This document shows positions 27,217-37,114 of a stretch of 64,000 nt of DNA, one piece after another. Within the stretch, counting starts at the first letter, position 1. Each line of letters starts with the position of its first letter. A model generated the notes under the pieces. The model saw only the letters and a program-made list of their open reading frames with translations. It made no database searches and was not told the DNA's origin. The DNA lies in the NCBI GenBank assembly GCA_002816455.1, contig MUCR01000019.1, forward strand, positions 107-64,106, given 5' to 3'. A program made the position numbers and the translations under genes. This stretch comes from SAR202 cluster bacterium Io17-Chloro-G4. GTDB taxonomy: Bacteria > Chloroflexota > Dehalococcoidia > Lucifugimonadales > UBA3495.

Positions 27217-27975
27217 ATGCCCATTAGAGTTGGCAAAGTGTGGCCGCCGATCCGCAGTTGGCGGATGTCCGCGGTTGCGGCGCTGCTCATAACTGCGGTC
27301 TTAGCCTTGGGCTGCGGCGCCGATACCACCTCCCAACCAGAACGGACTCTCGATGCAAGAGTCGCGCTGCGGGAGGCTGTCACGGAGCTTTTGGCTTTGG
27401 AGACGGCGGCATTCACTTTGGAACACATCTCGGGGTCTACCGCCTTAATACCGGGGTTTTTGGAGATGTTCAAAGTATCAGGAGTAGTGGAGATCCCCGA
27501 CCGTTTCGAACTAACGGTTGAAGCCGAGAGTATCCAGCCCCGCTCTTTCGTAGAAGTCAGGGTCGTGACTATCGACGACCTAGCATATATGACGGATATC
27601 ATCAGCGGCAAGTGGCTGGAAGTTGAGCCCGAATCGTTGCCGTTCACTTTTGCTAATTTCGCCCGAACGTTGGCGGAAATTATTGAGGCGGTGGACTCCC
27701 CTGCCGTTGTGGGCACCGAGCGGATAGGCGACGTCGAAACCAATCAGATTCGGGGCCAGATAATGTCGGAAGACTTGGGAGGTCTGGTGCCAAGGGCCGC
27801 TGATGGACTGGAGGTGAGCCTGGACCTGTGGCTGGAGCAGTCCACCAACATGCTGCAACAAGTCCTCATCTCCGGCAGGGTGATTGCCACGGACGAGCCG
27901 GACACGGTGCGCAAACTGACCTTGGACGATATCAACCTGCCGGTGGAAATATCCGCACCGAAATTGGGGCGGTGA
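27217..27975 (+). CDS. LppX/LprAFG family lipoprotein
   Basis: Lipobox ALGC; LolA-like pattern SGVVEIPDR..YMTDIISGKW..VGTERIGDVETNQIRG..LDDINLPVEISAP; start 27217 or 27265. Confidence 0.75.
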   Translation: MPIRVGKVWPPIRSWRMSAVAALLITAVLALGCGADTTSQPERTLDARVALREAVTELLALETAAFTLEHISGSTALIPGFLEMFKVSGVVEIPDRFELTVEAESIQPRSFVEVRVVTIDDLAYMTDIISGKWLEVEPESLPFTFANFARTLAEIIEAVDSPAVVGTERIGDVETNQIRGQIMSEDLGGLVPRAADGLEVSLDLWLEQSTNMLQQVLISGRVIATDEPDTVRKLTLDDINLPVEISAPKLGR

Positions 27976-28017
27976 ACCCCGGCTATTTACGCTAAGGCTA
28001 ACTGCCTGCCTAACTTA

Positions 28018-29505
28018 ATGAAATTTCCGCCTCGAACACCAGCGGCGCCATTTGTGCTGACATTGGTTGGTTTGGGCGCCTTTGCCACGGCGCTGGACCA
28101 GACCGTGGTGGTGACGGCCCTTCCCGCCGTCATGCTAGACCTCAAGATCCCCTTTATAGAACTTGACCGCGTTTCCTGGATAGTTACCGCTTACCTGCTT
28201 GGATATACGGTGGCCATGCCACTGATCGGCCGGATTGGGGACGTGTATGGCTACACACGGGTCTACCAAGCGGGCTTGGTGGTATTCACCATTGGCACCT
28301 GCCTGGTGGCGGTCTCCCCGAACTTAGAGTGGATGGTGGGCGCCCGGGTGGTTCAGGCGATAGGCGGCGGCGCTACCGTGCCCATCGGCCTGGCCTTGGC
28401 CAGTAACGCACTGCCCGAACAACACAGGGGACTGGCCTTAGGAATAGTCATCGCCGCCGCTGAGGCCGGCTCCATGCTGGGCCCCGCTTATGGTGGCGCC
28501 ATCGTCGAGTTTTTTGATTGGCGGTGGATATTCTGGCTAAACGCACCCCAGAGCGCCATCTTGTTCCTGGCATTGTTTCGGCTACCCAACATGCCGAAGC
28601 GGGAAGGAAAGGTCGACTACATGGGCGGGGCGCTGTTGGTGGCGGCCCTGCTGGTCTTGTCACTGGCCTTCTCCAGAGAGGGGTTGTTCACAGCCTCATC
28701 GCCAACACCGTTCATTATTGGCATCCCGGGACTCGCTCTTGTGGGAGTATTGGTTCTGGTGGAGCGGCGGACCATCCAGCCCCTGCTGAGCAAGATACTG
28801 TTCCGGTCCCGCGCCTTCGTGTCGGCCAACCTAACCCAGCTAATGGAAGGCGTGGCCTTAATCATAGCCATGGTGTCCGTGCCCTTGATGGCCGACACCG
28901 TCATGGGTAAAGACCCCTTTACTGGCGCCATGTGGCTTTTGCGAATGACTGTCGCGATTCCTGTGGGCGCCGTATTGGGCGGTCGCTTGCTGGCTCTTAT
29001 GGGTATTCGCCCGGTAGCCATCGCCGGCTTAGGCCTCACCGCCTTGGGGCTCTTCTTAGTCAGCACATGGGACTTGGACGTGGCGGAGCCGTGGCTGACT
29101 ATTCACTTAGTGATAGCCGGGTTTGGGTTTGGGTTGAACAACACGCCCATAATGACCGGCGCGCTGAACGCGGCGGGGAAGGATTACCAGGCAACGGCCG
29201 CGTCACTGGTGGTGGTCGCCCGGATGATGGGCATGACCCTAGGTCTGGCGGCTTTGGCGGCGTGGGGCGTAGAGCACTTCCAGGTGCTCACGCAAGGTCT
29301 GGAATTTCCTTTGGCACAAGCTGGTGAGGCGGCAGCGGAGGTAGAAGAGCGAGTGATCGAATACAACACTGGGCTGAGCGACGCCGGAGTGGCGTTATTC
29401 AACAAGTTCTTCCAGGTGGCCGGTGCTGTTGCATTGGCGGCTACCCTGCCTGCCTTGGCCATGGGGGCGGGCCGAAGCTATAAGAGTGGGCATACAGCCA
29501 GGTGA
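28018..29505 (+). CDS. DHA2 (14-TM) MFS transporter resembling mycobacterial P55/Rv1410c
   Basis: LDQTVVVTAL..IPFIELDRVSWIVTAYLLGYTVAMPLIGRIGDVYG and VVVARMMGMTLGLAALAAWG. Confidence 0.85.
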   Translation: MKFPPRTPAAPFVLTLVGLGAFATALDQTVVVTALPAVMLDLKIPFIELDRVSWIVTAYLLGYTVAMPLIGRIGDVYGYTRVYQAGLVVFTIGTCLVAVSPNLEWMVGARVVQAIGGGATVPIGLALASNALPEQHRGLALGIVIAAAEAGSMLGPAYGGAIVEFFDWRWIFWLNAPQSAILFLALFRLPNMPKREGKVDYMGGALLVAALLVLSLAFSREGLFTASSPTPFIIGIPGLALVGVLVLVERRTIQPLLSKILFRSRAFVSANLTQLMEGVALIIAMVSVPLMADTVMGKDPFTGAMWLLRMTVAIPVGAVLGGRLLALMGIRPVAIAGLGLTALGLFLVSTWDLDVAEPWLTIHLVIAGFGFGLNNTPIMTGALNAAGKDYQATAASLVVVARMMGMTLGLAALAAWGVEHFQVLTQGLEFPLAQAGEAAAEVEERVIEYNTGLSDAGVALFNKFFQVAGAVALAATLPALAMGAGRSYKSGHTAR

Positions 29506-29687
29506 CACCAAAGTTGACGATTGACCGCATCTTGGTATAGGGTTGTCAGGGCTTTACGCAAGACACCAGGATTTGCCTAGACAGCGAGAGAAAACATGCC
29601 TCGTTCACATGCTGGGTTTAATTGAAATGCGGGGCTTTACGGGGCCAATGTCTAGGTGGTTCTAATTCAACCAATGGAGGTACAGGA

Positions 29688-30932
29688 ATGGATATCAGCC
29701 TAATGCGGCTTAAGCCGGTAATTCTTTTATTGATGGTTGTGGGCCTGTTTGCCCTCACCATCGCCTGCGGCGATGCGAAAGAAATAATCAAGGAAAAAAT
29801 CGTTGAGAAGGTTGTCGAAGTAGAGAAGATAGTACCGGGCCCGACACAGATCGTCGAGAAGATAGTACCGGGCCCGACACAGATCATCGAGAAGATAGTA
29901 CCGGGCCCGACACAGATCATCGAGAAGATAGTCCAGGTTGCTCCGCCTGAAAAAGAAAAACGGGAATTGGTCTTTGCGGGTCTGAGCTGGGATAGTGCGA
30001 TGGATCAAAATGGCGTGGCGAGGTACATCGTCGAACATGGGTATGGATACCCGACCTCTCATATAGAGGGGGATACGGTACCGCTGTTCCAAGGGTTGCG
30101 TGAAGGTAGCATAGATATCACTATGGAGATTTGGCTTCCTAATCAGAATGCCGCTTGGGAAGATGCCATCGCAATGGGCCAGGTGATTGGGGTTGGTAAG
30201 AGCTTAGAAGATAACTGGCAAAACTCCTTTTTGATCCCGGGCTATTTGGCCGATGCGCATCCCGGGCTGGTACATGTAGACGACCTGAAAAAAGATGAAT
30301 ACAAGTCTCTCTTCACGGCTGCTGACAGTGGAGGAAAAGCGGTCTTGGTAGGCTGTCTCGTGGGTTGGGCTTGCCTGGGAGTTCAACAAGGAGTTACCGA
30401 CGATGACGGTAACGTGGTAGGCGTGGGTCAGATTGAAGCTTATGGGCTGTCGGATCATGTCTTCCTACAGATCCCGGGGAGTTTTGGAGCCCTGAATGCG
30501 ACTATTGAGGGAGCGTATACAAAAGAAAATGCGATTCTTCACTATTATTGGGGCCCTACAGCCTTGGCCCATAAACTAGACATGCGTCCTCTTGAACAAC
30601 CAGCTCCCGCGTCGTGCCCAGACGAAGACCCCGTACATGGTTGCGGTTGGGGGCCAGCAAGCATCTTAATCGCCATTAACCCAGTAGTTGCAGTGGATGC
30701 CCCAGAATTGATTCCCTTCTTAGCAAATTGGGATTGGAATGCTGGCAACCAACTAGCAGCAGAGGGTTGGCGCACGGACAACAAGGAAGCGCTAGAGAAT
30801 GCAGGAGCCAGTTCCGAAGAGATATATTCTGCTACTGGTGTCTGGTACCTAAAGAACCACGAAGTTTGGAAAGAATGGATTCCCGCGGAGGTAGTTGCTA
30901 AAGTAGAAGCGGCTCTTGCTAAAGAGGACTGA
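29688..30932 (+). CDS. proX: Glycine betaine/proline-type ABC substrate-binding lipoprotein (ProX/OpuAC)
   Basis: Lipobox TIAC, LSWDS, DITMEIWLPN, GCLVGWAC, YYWGPT; GGAGG SD. Confidence 0.88.
   Translation: MDISLMRLKPVILLLMVVGLFALTIACGDAKEIIKEKIVEKVVEVEKIVPGPTQIVEKIVPGPTQIIEKIVPGPTQIIEKIVQVAPPEKEKRELVFAGLSWDSAMDQNGVARYIVEHGYGYPTSHIEGDTVPLFQGLREGSIDITMEIWLPNQNAAWEDAIAMGQVIGVGKSLEDNWQNSFLIPGYLADAHPGLVHVDDLKKDEYKSLFTAADSGGKAVLVGCLVGWACLGVQQGVTDDDGNVVGVGQIEAYGLSDHVFLQIPGSFGALNATIEGAYTKENAILHYYWGPTALAHKLDMRPLEQPAPASCPDEDPVHGCGWGPASILIAINPVVAVDAPELIPFLANWDWNAGNQLAAEGWRTDNKEALENAGASSEEIYSATGVWYLKNHEVWKEWIPAEVVAKVEAALAKED
29823..29932 (+). repeat. Coding tandem repeat, 33 bp x3.3 (EKIVPGPTQI[V/I])
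   Basis: gagaagatagtaccgggcccgacacagatc(g/a)tc units at 29823, 29856 and 29889. Confidence 0.92.
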
Positions 30933-30976
30933 CGCGAATCTTGGTTCTGATGCCATCCTATGCATAAGCCTTGTCA

Positions 30977-31984
30977 TTAGTCATTGCGCGATAAGACATA
31001 CCCCTGTGATATCCGGTCAAATATGATGGCCATTAGAACAATGGCCGTGCCAGCTACAAATGCTTTTCCTTCTTCTAGCTGGCCCATTGACCTAAGTACT
31101 TCTATCCCTAAACCACCAGCACCGACCATCGCGGCGATAGTTGACATGGCTAATGCCATCATAACGGTCTGGTTGATTCCAGCCATGATAGTGGGTATGG
31201 CCATGGGAATTTGCACTTTATAAAGTAACTGCAACGGGGTGGATCCAAATGACCGACCGGCTTCTACCGCCGAAGGATCTACTTGTCGGATTCCTAAATT
31301 GGTTAACCGGATACAAGGTGGGATAGCATATAGTACCGTAGCTAGGATGGCACCTACGTTGCCTAAGCCAAATAACATTATGCCAGGTACCAGATACACG
31401 AAACTAGGCATGGTCTGCATTGCGTCCAGGACCGGGCGCATCAAGCTTTCTACGAAGTTGCTGCGGGCCATGATTATTCCGGCGGATATGCCGAAAACGA
31501 TTGCAATGGATACGGAAACGGCCATGAGAGCAATAGTGATCATTGCCGGTTCCCATAGATTAACCAAACCGATGGCCATCACACCGAGTGCGGAGAAAGC
31601 CCCAACTCGGAATGTAGACATCCGCCAACCCAAGAGGAATATGATCGCAACCATTACGGGCCACGGGATCCAGATGAGAACATCCCGTAGTTTTCCCAGA
31701 GTGATCTGGATCGCATCGCGAATCCCGTCAAAGAACCATTCTCCGTTTATCACGACCCACTGAATCGTCGAGTCTATACCCCGAGTAATTTCTGGCCCTA
31801 AATTCGTAGGATACTTCAGAGTTTCGTTTTCATTGGTCCAATGAATAATGAAAGATACTAGGATAACGACGCAGACGGCTAAGGTGAACAGGATAAACGT
31901 GAGGACTCTCCGACGATGTTCATTGTGAACTGTCTCTGGATCACCGCGAATGACTTTGGTGATTGTTCGAAGTTTTTCTATCAT
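30977..31984 (-). CDS. proW: Glycine betaine/proline ABC permease
   Basis: LDAMQTMPSFVYLVP, IRLTNLGIRQV, EAGRSFG, GINQTVMMAL. Confidence 0.93.
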   Translation of the reverse strand: MIEKLRTITKVIRGDPETVHNEHRRRVLTFILFTLAVCVVILVSFIIHWTNENETLKYPTNLGPEITRGIDSTIQWVVINGEWFFDGIRDAIQITLGKLRDVLIWIPWPVMVAIIFLLGWRMSTFRVGAFSALGVMAIGLVNLWEPAMITIALMAVSVSIAIVFGISAGIIMARSNFVESLMRPVLDAMQTMPSFVYLVPGIMLFGLGNVGAILATVLYAIPPCIRLTNLGIRQVDPSAVEAGRSFGSTPLQLLYKVQIPMAIPTIMAGINQTVMMALAMSTIAAMVGAGGLGIEVLRSMGQLEEGKAFVAGTAIVLMAIIFDRISQGYVLSRND

Positions 31985-32034
31985 TTGTTCACAGGATGTT
32001 GTGAGGTGCAAAAGTTACGATAACCGAAGTCGAT

Positions 32035-33291
32035 CTATTTACTACCAGCGAGTATCTTAAGGAGATTATGATGTGTTGCAACTCCGATGAAAGTGTTATT
32101 TTGGTCAACGACAGGGATCGGTAGATTCTGATTACTTAAAGAATGTAATGCCTCGTCTAATGTCGTGTTTGGATAGACAGGAACTAAGGTTGAATCTATG
32201 AGGCGATGGACGCTATCCGAATCACTTTCCAATCTGTTACTAAGACCCTCTCGACAGATAACCCCCAAGTACTTAGCCTCGTTGTCAATCCCTATAGCGT
32301 AATCGGACCCGGCTTGATCCATCATCGCCCGTGTGTTCTCGATGGAACTTGATGGAGAGACCACAACTGGTTTGGTGATGATGTTTTCTATGTTTATGAC
32401 TTTGCTTTTGGGAATACCCTGTGTGAATTCTTCCACGAAATCGTCCGCGGGATTGGTAATAATCTCCTTTGGCGTTCCGATTTGGATAATCACGCCATCT
32501 CGCATTATAGCTATTCTATCCCCCACGGTTATCGCTTCGTCCAGATCGTGAGTAATGAATACGAGGGTTTTTTGTATCTCTTGTTGAAGGGTGGCAAGTT
32601 CCTCGCGCATCTGACGTCGTATCAAGGGATCCAGTCCACTGAAGGGCTCGTCCATCAACAAAATAGAAGGATCAACCGCAAGGGCTCGGGCTAATCCGAC
32701 TCTTTGCTGCATCCCACCACTTAGTTCCCGTTGGTTTGCATTTTCCCAGCCGTTCAACCCGACTTTGTTGAGCACCTCCCGAGCGATTGAGTAGCGCTCC
32801 TCCTTTTGCATTCCCTTGACTTCGAGCCCATACGCCGCATTGTCCAGAACGTTTTTATGAGGTAGGAGTCCAAAATTTTGAAACACCATAGCTACTTTCG
32901 AGCGGCGAAACTCGAGGAGCTTTTTGGCGTTGAAATCGGTTACGTCTTCGCCATCGACTATGATTTTGCCAGCAGTGGCCTGTATTAAACGAATAAGGCA
33001 GCGCACCAAGGTCGATTTTCCGCTGCCGGAAAGGCCCATGACCACAAAGGTTTCACCCGGGGATACATTGAAAGAAACGTCCCGGAGAGCCACGACGAGG
33101 TTCATCTCCCTTTGAATATCAGTCCGGCTCTTGGACTCGTGTTGTTCCTCCAGTGCCCTTTCCGGGTTCTTTCCGAACACCTTCCACAGGGAGCGAACGG
33201 AGATTCTGGGTGCATCCTCTTCTTGGGACATCCCGGAAATCGCGGGGTTGCCATAGTCTTCAATTGGTGCCAACACGCTTTCGGTAGTCAT
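32035..33291 (-). CDS. proV: Glycine betaine/proline ABC ATP-binding protein with CBS domains
   Basis: VMGLSGSGKST, LSGGMQQRVGLARAL, LMDEPFSGLDPLIR, C-terminal CBS pair. Confidence 0.94.
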   Translation of the reverse strand: MTTESVLAPIEDYGNPAISGMSQEEDAPRISVRSLWKVFGKNPERALEEQHESKSRTDIQREMNLVVALRDVSFNVSPGETFVVMGLSGSGKSTLVRCLIRLIQATAGKIIVDGEDVTDFNAKKLLEFRRSKVAMVFQNFGLLPHKNVLDNAAYGLEVKGMQKEERYSIAREVLNKVGLNGWENANQRELSGGMQQRVGLARALAVDPSILLMDEPFSGLDPLIRRQMREELATLQQEIQKTLVFITHDLDEAITVGDRIAIMRDGVIIQIGTPKEIITNPADDFVEEFTQGIPKSKVINIENIITKPVVVSPSSSIENTRAMMDQAGSDYAIGIDNEAKYLGVICREGLSNRLESDSDSVHRLIDSTLVPVYPNTTLDEALHSLSNQNLPIPVVDQNNTFIGVATHHNLLKILAGSK

Positions 33292-33719
33292 GTCTGACCC
33301 TCCTGAGGCCCGCCAAACCAAGCAGGGAAATAGATACTATGGTTGTTTTACCGCACCATTGCCGGGGTTCATTGCCGACTATAGTCGCCAGCCCCTCTCC
33401 GGTGTCCGCCGTAAAGGAATCGGTAGCCAAGCCGCTACTCTCATGACTGCTCATACGGGCCCGTTAACCACTTGTAACACCGGCGGCCCGGTGATTCGAA
33501 GCCGAAATAGCTGCATAAATAGCTGGGCCAGTGTGCTGGCTGGTGACAAACTCGGCCACTTTCAAAGGCTATTCCTAAATCTTCCAGGGCAAACCGTTTG
33601 GTAACCTACATTATCAGGCAATGATTGTCAATTTCTAAAGAACCTAAACCGGGCCACATATCCTCGCTCAAGACCCTCATAAAAGCCGTCCCGGTTTATA
33701 TCGGCGGGCTCGCCGAGCA

Positions 33720-34526
33720 TCAAGAAAGGAAGGCTTTCTCCAGCGCTGCGATTTGCTCCGGAGACAGCCGCCATCCGGAGGCGCCGCAGTTTTCCACCGT
33801 ACGGTCAACGCTATTAGACTTGGGAATGACAATCACGTTGGGGTGTGACGTGCACCAATTCAGCGCTACCTGGGCCATTGTCTTTCCAGTTTCGGTGGCC
33901 ACCTGTTCCAGGGCTTGTAAACCTTCGTCTCGCCTCATCCGGGGTTTGGTGGCCAACGAGCCGTCGGCCAAGGGAGTGTAGGCCATGACCGTCACACTAT
34001 GCTCTTGGCAGTAAGGTAAAAGTTCCCGCTCGATTTCTCGGCGTTTGAGGTGATACAGCACTTGGTTGGACACGATGGGGACGTTGGGCATGGCTCCTTG
34101 AGCTTCTTGGAGTTGCCTCTTGGAGAAATTGCTAACGCCTACGTGCTTGACCGAGCCGGCATCCACCAGTTTGGCCATGGTTCCCATTGTTTCCTTGATG
34201 GGCACGCTGGAATTGGGCCAATGAATCTGATACAGGTCGATGCAGTCCACATTAAGCAAGCGCAGGCTGGTTTCTGCGGCCCGCAGCACTTGATCGTGGC
34301 GTAGGTTGCTGCCCAATACCTTTGTTGCCAAGAACACTTGGTCTCGCAGTCCCTTTATGGCTTGGCCTACCCGGTCCTCGTTGCGGTACATTTCCGCCGT
34401 GTCGATCAAGAAAGCGCCTAACTCGATACCCCGTCGTAACGGCGCTTCTCCGCCAGAGTATTTCCAGGTGCCCAATCCCACTTCGGGAATCATAACGCCG
34501 GTTTTTCCCAATTCAATCATTTCCAT
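33720..34526 (-). CDS. Aldo/keto reductase
   Basis: GLGTW, IDTAEMY, IDLYQIHWP, VGVSNF, IPKS. Confidence 0.93.
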   Translation of the reverse strand: MEMIELGKTGVMIPEVGLGTWKYSGGEAPLRRGIELGAFLIDTAEMYRNEDRVGQAIKGLRDQVFLATKVLGSNLRHDQVLRAAETSLRLLNVDCIDLYQIHWPNSSVPIKETMGTMAKLVDAGSVKHVGVSNFSKRQLQEAQGAMPNVPIVSNQVLYHLKRREIERELLPYCQEHSVTVMAYTPLADGSLATKPRMRRDEGLQALEQVATETGKTMAQVALNWCTSHPNVIVIPKSNSVDRTVENCGASGWRLSPEQIAALEKAFLS

Positions 34527-34869
34527 TGCGGCTTCCCCAAGAGCTTTTTAGTTGATTTTCGGCTTATATTCCCGGCAGCTGATTATCGGCCCATATTTGC
34601 CCTGCCACAGCTAGTCATATGAGTATACCTTGTGAGCTTGGAGAGGCGGGTGTCATGGGGGAAATCGCCTCTGTGCCAGCTAGGGAGACTATCGGCGCAT
34701 AACTGCCAACGAATATTGCGAGTTTCCATGACTGAAGTTCCGGTTGTTGGTTGGAGACAGTATAATATGTGCGAAGCCAGTTCTCAGAGCCAAAGGCACT
34801 ATATTGGATACCAACGAATATGCTGGCGCGGCATGCCAAAGTGGGCACGTCAATAATTGAGGTGATGAA

Positions 34870-35292
34870 ATGAAATTTGAAGATGCTCGTCCATTCATGG
34901 AAAAAAACCACCGTGCAGTAATTTCCACATACCAAGCTAACGGAGCAATGCAGACCAGTATCGTGGTTTCCGGGGCGTATCAAGGGAATGCGGCATTTGT
35001 TATCGTCCGCGGAGACTCAGCCAAGACCCGTAACCTGCGGCGGGATCCCCGTTGCACCGTGATGGCTGTGGATAATGACTGGCGTGACTACACCGTGGTG
35101 GAGGGACAGGCCCAACTGAAGGACTACCACAACACCCCGGCCGAGGAGTTCAGAGTGCTGCTACGGGAGGTTTTCCGGGCCTGCGGAGATAAAGACCACC
35201 CGGATTGGGAAGAGTACGACCAAGCCATGGTGAAACAAGATGCAGTGGTGGTTTTTGTGACGCCAGAGCGGGTCTACGGTAAGCTTCGGTAG
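34870..35292 (+). CDS. PPOX class (probably F420-dependent) oxidoreductase
   Basis: AKTRNLRRDPRCT, YTVVEG, HPDWEEYDQAM. Confidence 0.88.
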   Translation: MKFEDARPFMEKNHRAVISTYQANGAMQTSIVVSGAYQGNAAFVIVRGDSAKTRNLRRDPRCTVMAVDNDWRDYTVVEGQAQLKDYHNTPAEEFRVLLREVFRACGDKDHPDWEEYDQAMVKQDAVVVFVTPERVYGKLR

Positions 35293-35414
35293 TTATGACC
35301 TAGAGACTCGACAAGCGGGTGTGAAGAAGCAACTAAGTAAACATAACCGGTTAGCTAGCATGATGTTAGTGCCTGGGGCATTAAAAACGCAGGCAGGGGT
35401 GTCGGAGGCGGATC

Positions 35415-35618
35415 TTGCTTAAAGTTCGGGACGCAATTCGCTTGATCGAAAGGGATGGCTGGATTCTAGTGCGGACCAAAGGGAGCCACCGTCAATACAA
35501 ACACTCGACCAAACGGGGTACTGTAACCATAGCAGGAAACCCAAACCGGGACTTAGCACCTTGTACTTGGAACAGTATATTGAAGCAGGCCTCCTTGAGA
35601 GATTTGGAGGGAGAATGA
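35415..35618 (+). CDS. hicA: Type II toxin HicA
   Basis: DGWILVRTKGSHRQYKH..VTIAG..DLAPCTWNSILKQA. Confidence 0.9.
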   Translation: MLKVRDAIRLIERDGWILVRTKGSHRQYKHSTKRGTVTIAGNPNRDLAPCTWNSILKQASLRDLEGE

Positions 35619-35827
35619 AATACGTGGTGGTCTATGAGCAGACACCCACCGGTTGGTCAGCATATGTGCCCGATCTGCCAGGCTGCGTAGCAGCCGGTAA
35701 GGAAAGGACGGAGACTGAGCGTATTATCCGCGAGGCCATCGTTTTTCACTTAGAAGGGTTAAGGGAGAATGATGTACCCATACCAGAGCCGGGCACTTGG
35801 ACGGAGACAGTGGAGGTTGCAGGGTAA
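35615..35827 (+). CDS. hicB: HicB family antitoxin (short, no DNA-binding domain)
   Basis: MKYVVVYEQ..SAYVPDLPGCVAAG..IREAIVFHLEGL..IPEP; ATGA overlap with hicA. Confidence 0.9.
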   Translation: MKYVVVYEQTPTGWSAYVPDLPGCVAAGKERTETERIIREAIVFHLEGLRENDVPIPEPGTWTETVEVAG

Positions 35828-35852
35828 TGCTTGCAATTCAGGAGTCTATGAA

Positions 35853-36092
35853 ATGAAGGACAGTGCCAAGTACGTAAAAATCGTAGAGTGGTCAGAAGAA
35901 GACCAGTGCTACGTCGGAAGCGCTCCAGGCTTTATGTTTGGAGGCGGCGACGGAAGTGACCACAAGCAAGTCTTCGATGAGCTATGCCAGGCCGTCGAGG
36001 TGGCGATTGAACTGTATAGACATGACCGCGAGCCTTTGCCACCGATAACGGCGGTGCGCGATTTTGCGACTAGGCTGCAGGATGTTGCTTGA
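35853..36092 (+). CDS. Second HicB-like protein
   Basis: YVKIVEWSEEDQCYVGSAPG..ELCQAVEVAIELY..EPLP. Confidence 0.7.
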   Translation: MKDSAKYVKIVEWSEEDQCYVGSAPGFMFGGGDGSDHKQVFDELCQAVEVAIELYRHDREPLPPITAVRDFATRLQDVA

Positions 36093-36106
36093 ACTGTCGG
36101 ACCCAC

Positions 36107-37114
36107 CTACTCAGGCATCACCAAAGTAGCGTCGGCTAGGCAGACCAAATCGCCCCTCTGGTTCAGGCCCTTTACCTGGCAGGTGACGATCTGCCGGTCA
36201 TCCTCCAGTCTCTTATCGGTTATTTCCCCTCCGAACGTGACCATGTCTGTAGTGCGGAAGGGTTCTATTGCCCTCATCAGTAGGCTTCCGCCACCGTAGA
36301 ACGCCTCCAAGGGGAAGGATAGCTGCAGCATCTGGTCCACATAGGACATGGTGGCGGGACCGGAATTGACCGTGCCACCGAAAATGTTCTGTTTGGCGAA
36401 CTCCTCGTCCGTGTGAATATTGCTTTCACGGGGCGTTCCCGCCATACGGAAGTCGTTTTTGCGGTTGATTATCTCCTGGCTTTCGGCCATCGTCAGCGTT
36501 GCCAACTTGTCGCCCACGGAAATATCGTCGAAACCCAATAAGCGCTGAACGGGCTTTTCAGCCGGAATCGGGGGCGGCTCTACGTCTCCTTTACTGGAGC
36601 CCTTTTTAGCTTTGGGCGTTTGCTTCTGGCCCTTGGCATATTCGAAGATGCAGGTGTAGTCGTACTCGGCCACCAATTGGCGGAGTTGGTTGACCGCGCG
36701 TACTCCAAAGGTCACGAACTTACTTCCGCGGCGCTCGTACTTCTCCAAGACTCGGCGGGTGCCGGTAATGGTGTCTCCGGCCCTTGCCGGTCGGTGACAG
36801 CGTATCTCGCACTTGGCAAACGGGGTCTGCCGTCTCGCCGTAACGGAATCCTCCAGCGCAATGAAACCGTTGTTTTCGGCGATGTTCTCTCGCAGAAGGG
36901 GCGCATAGGTCAGGACCATGGTGGGCATGGCCACCAGCGGCTCCCCAGGGTCCGCGTCTCCGCCTGCCGGCTTGTAGCGAGGGTCCGGATTTTGGGCGAC
37001 TTCCGCATATTTCGCTATGCTCTTGTCCGTTAGCTCGACCAGAGTTGTGGCGCCAGCCTGTCCAGTAATTACGGCTTTGTAGTCCCACAGCTTTTCGCGC
37101 ACTTTCGCAGTCAT
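36107..37114 (-). CDS. Double hotdog-fold MaoC-like dehydratase
   Basis: HRPARAGDTITG..EKYERRG, Lys/Pro linker, NIHTDEEFAK..FGG. Confidence 0.82.
   Translation of the reverse strand: MTAKVREKLWDYKAVITGQAGATTLVELTDKSIAKYAEVAQNPDPRYKPAGGDADPGEPLVAMPTMVLTYAPLLRENIAENNGFIALEDSVTARRQTPFAKCEIRCHRPARAGDTITGTRRVLEKYERRGSKFVTFGVRAVNQLRQLVAEYDYTCIFEYAKGQKQTPKAKKGSSKGDVEPPPIPAEKPVQRLLGFDDISVGDKLATLTMAESQEIINRKNDFRMAGTPRESNIHTDEEFAKQNIFGGTVNSGPATMSYVDQMLQLSFPLEAFYGGGSLLMRAIEPFRTTDMVTFGGEITDKRLEDDRQIVTCQVKGLNQRGDLVCLADATLVMPE

Noticed and set aside
29823-29932. 33-bp repeats as a CRISPR array
   Set aside because: They are in-frame coding repeats inside proX, with no unique spacers.
33292-33719. Riboswitch or small gene upstream of proV
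   Set aside because: No recognisable aptamer consensus; the short ORFs lack an SD or motifs.
34706-34822. Direct repeat ccaacgaatat x2 in the AKR/PPOX divergent gap
   Set aside because: Only 11 bp and two copies; it could be an operator but cannot be told from chance.
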